Shown here: positions 37,495 to 39,732 of the stretch, one piece after another
How positions within the stretch are numbered: position 1 is the first letter of the stretch
Layout of the letters: every line of letters begins with the position of its first letter
Sequence record: NC_002167.1
Source of the DNA: Escherichia phage HK97
Length of the DNA: 39,732 bases
Strand: one strand, 5' to 3'
Program-made: the position numbers and the translations under genes
Notes under the pieces: generated by a model
Told to the model about the DNA's origin: nothing
The model's database searches: none
Seen by the model: the letters and a program-made list of their open reading frames with translations, nothing else

Positions 37495-37519
37495 GCCTCG
37501 CGAAAAGCGGGGCTTTTTT
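37495..37519 (+). terminator. hairpin plus T-run after lysis cassette
   Basis: agcctcgc-gaaaa-gcggggct (one G-U pair) followed by T6. Confidence 0.5.
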
Positions 37520-37671
37520 ATGTACCTCAGTAAACCGCGCATTCTCGTGCGCATATCAACCAAGAGCTTTTCGGGATATGAGACAGAGACAGGACGGTGG
37601 CTTACATCGTGCCGCTCTTGGGCTGTCCATGTCTGCGAGAACTGGCTCATATCACCAAAAAGGTAAATACG

Positions 37672-38400
37672 ATGTCCAATATCATCCCGATTGATTTCGA
37701 AGGCCATCCCATGCGTTTTTCTGACGATGGCTGGTTTGACGCGACTGCGGCAGCCGACAAGTTCAACAAGGAGCCGGCTCAGTGGCTTAGGCTTCCTGAG
37801 ACCGTCCGTTACATCGAGGCGTTAAAGAGTAGATATGGGAATATCACATATGTAAAAACCAGCCGCGCTCGCAAAGACCGTGGCGGCGGAACATGGCTTC
37901 ACCCAAAACTGGCGGTCAGATTTGCTCGATGGCTTTCTGTAGATTTTGAGATCTGGTGTGATGAGCAAATTGACGCAATCATTCAGGGTTCCGTTCATCA
38001 TATCGACGATGAAAGAATAAAGGCTATTTTCCTTCTGGATAAATCTCAGCCATGGGAAAAGAGGTTTAGCGATCCGTTTTATTCTGCGATGTTCAAAATG
38101 TCAGGGCTGCCCCGTCATCGGCCAGGTCGTCGCCCCTCACTATTTGGGATGATCAGTGCCAAGTGGGTATATGGCCCGGTATTACCACCAGAAGTATATG
38201 CAGAGGTTAAAAGACGGCTGGCTGCGGGAGACAAAATCCATCAGCACCTTAAACCTGACGCGCTGACATTGGTTGAGCGACAGATCATTGCCGTTACCAG
38301 CATTGCCAATGGGTGCTCTGATTATCGTGATTTCGAAGCGCGTTGCATGTCGGCATTCCAGGTGAAAGGGCAGATGAAATTGCTCTATGCGGCGGCCTGA
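37672..38400 (+). CDS. KilA-N domain protein
   Basis: From ATG 37672 (MSNIIPIDFEGHPMRF…DGWFDATAAADKFNKEP…) N-terminal region resembles KilA-N DNA-binding domain; the ORF-track frame opens earlier at 37597. Confidence 0.55.
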   Translation: MSNIIPIDFEGHPMRFSDDGWFDATAAADKFNKEPAQWLRLPETVRYIEALKSRYGNITYVKTSRARKDRGGGTWLHPKLAVRFARWLSVDFEIWCDEQIDAIIQGSVHHIDDERIKAIFLLDKSQPWEKRFSDPFYSAMFKMSGLPRHRPGRRPSLFGMISAKWVYGPVLPPEVYAEVKRRLAAGDKIHQHLKPDALTLVERQIIAVTSIANGCSDYRDFEARCMSAFQVKGQMKLLYAAA

Positions 38401-38403
38401 TCA

Positions 38404-38636
38404 TGAGCACCCGAATAATAGAATGCGCCTCCAGAGCGGGGCGCGACTTCTCAGAGTTCATGAAAGGCGAGAAGGGCATGATGGAAGCATTGGCCTCGGT
38501 GGATGAGTTTGGCGAGCAGCTGCGCCTCAACGGCTGTGTCAATCATCACTTTGTTAGCTACATGGATGCGGAACTCGATCATGCAGGCATTCATGGACAT
38601 GGCAAAAGCCGAGAGGAAAGAAGAGCGCCGGCGTAA
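38404..38636 (+). CDS. hypothetical protein
   Basis: 77-aa ORF from ATG 38404 just after the KilA-N gene stop; no clear SD. Confidence 0.3.
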
Positions 38637-39053
38637 GCGAGCGGAAGCAAAAGCGAAGTAGCCATTACAAAGCCAAACTACTGGTGGGCTTGATAATGAA
38701 ACCGGAGTTAATTTCTGGTCACTAATTAACGGCAGCACCGCGAAACAACCCAAGCCAGAAAGTGGGGAAATAACACTGGCAGCCACTGAAAGATGAACCT
38801 CCTGCCTTATGGCAAAAAAGATTCTTTGTGGTGGCGGACTGATGGAAAGACATCGGTTATTGCAGAGGCCATTCAATGAGTGGTCTCGACAATGACTTAT
38901 ACCCTGCACGGGATAACTTAACTGATATCCCTTTTAACGGATAAACGGAGCCAACAATGGCAGAGATTATTCTCATGACTGAAGAACAGAAATTCCAGTT
39001 AGAGATTTACAAACTGGTCATGAACCAGAACGCCGCCGTGCATGGAGACTGGC

Positions 39054-39413
39054 ATGAACAAAGAGCCCCGCGTATATGGCAGCCGATGGGATAAGGCCCG
39101 TCTGCGTTTTCTCCAGCAGCACCCACTGTGTGTGATGTGCGAGCAGCAGGGGCGCATAACACCAGCAACGGTGGTCGACCATATCGTGCCCCACAAACTG
39201 AAAGATGCGCTTAAGTCAGGTAACCCTCTGGCCATATCGAAAGCACAGCTCCTGTTCTGGAGTAAAGAGAACTGGCAGCCACTGTGCAAAGCGCATCATG
39301 ACTCAACGAAACAGAGAATGGAGAAGAGCGGCGCGGTAATCGGTTGTGATGCCAACGCGACCCGCTCGATCCTGCGTCTCACTGGAGCACGTAATGAAAG
39401 ACCTCATCATTGA
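39054..39413 (+). CDS. HNH endonuclease (terminase-associated)
   Basis: HNH-type motif …DHIVPH…NWQPLCKAHHD…; located at the right end, which would adjoin the terminase genes on a circularised genome; start at ATG 39054 (MNKEP) or 39042. Confidence 0.75.
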   Translation: MNKEPRVYGSRWDKARLRFLQQHPLCVMCEQQGRITPATVVDHIVPHKLKDALKSGNPLAISKAQLLFWSKENWQPLCKAHHDSTKQRMEKSGAVIGCDANATRSILRLTGARNERPHH

Positions 39414-39597
39414 ATACCGAGACGGTAAGTTTGTTCAGCTGGCGATTGATGGCGTGGAGATGAAGCGCGTAACGTCTATCCAGTTCTCCCACACCGTAGG
39501 CGAGGACGTACCGACATTGACCGTGTCAGGACATGTGTGGTCCGAGTATGGGAAAGGCGATCACAAACTCGAACAGGTAGACAAACATTCGGCATAG
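39394..39597 (+). CDS. hypothetical protein
   Basis: 67-aa ORF from ATG 39394 (MKDLIIEYRDG…) overlapping the HNH 3' end. Confidence 0.4.
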   Translation: MKDLIIEYRDGKFVQLAIDGVEMKRVTSIQFSHTVGEDVPTLTVSGHVWSEYGKGDHKLEQVDKHSA

Positions 39598-39732
39598 CGC
39601 CGCGGCGGCAAGTCGATTATCTATCATGTGAAATCATTTCAAATGCAATTACATCAAATGAGAATGAATCGCATCAGGGCAGGGGGGGGGATCAAATCTT
39701 CAAAACCTTTGCCCCAAATGACCGCCGCCAAA

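Noticed and set aside
38451-38909. Minus-strand 152-aa ORF near the right end
   Set aside because: Cys/Ser-rich low-complexity translation, antisense to plus-strand ORFs, no SD
39682-39690. Nine-G homopolymer near the right end
   Set aside because: Could be a slippage-prone tract but it is intergenic with no adjacent ORF whose frame it would switch; may equally be part of the terminal region or a sequencing artefact

Overview
This 39.7-kb window reads as an essentially complete temperate lambdoid siphovirus genome in virion (end-to-end) gene order, not an integrated prophage: the attP core is intact and internal. Left arm (50-20812, + strand): terminase small/large subunits, HK97-type portal, prohead protease and major capsid protein, head-tail connectors, major tail protein, G/T chaperone pair, tape measure, lambda-like M/L/K/I/J tail tip, side tail fibre and fibre assembly genes. 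Small AT-rich moron inserts, each closed by a hairpin plus T-run, punctuate this arm. Centre (21043-28952, - strand): tI-like terminator, attP, int, xis, early-left genes (erf, SSB-like, kil, cIII-like, N-like antiterminator), OL/pL, an uncharacterised three-gene module in the rexAB position, and lambda-type cI. Right arm (28963-39597, + strand): OR/pR, cro, cII-like, O-like initiator with internal iterons, DnaB-like helicase, nin-region genes (ninB, adenine methyltransferase, ninE/F, antirepressor-like, DUF1364, rusA, ninH), Q, pR'/tR', S-R-Rz/Rz1 lysis cassette, a KilA-N protein and an HNH endonuclease near the right end. I saw no rRNA, tRNA, CRISPR array or transposase. Most noteworthy: the rex-position module, two paralogous moron membrane peptides (one with an in-frame amber), an AT-rich orphan gene in the pL operon, and a convergent overlapping gene pair between I and J. 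All identifications are from reading the sequence and recalled protein families; no database search was run.
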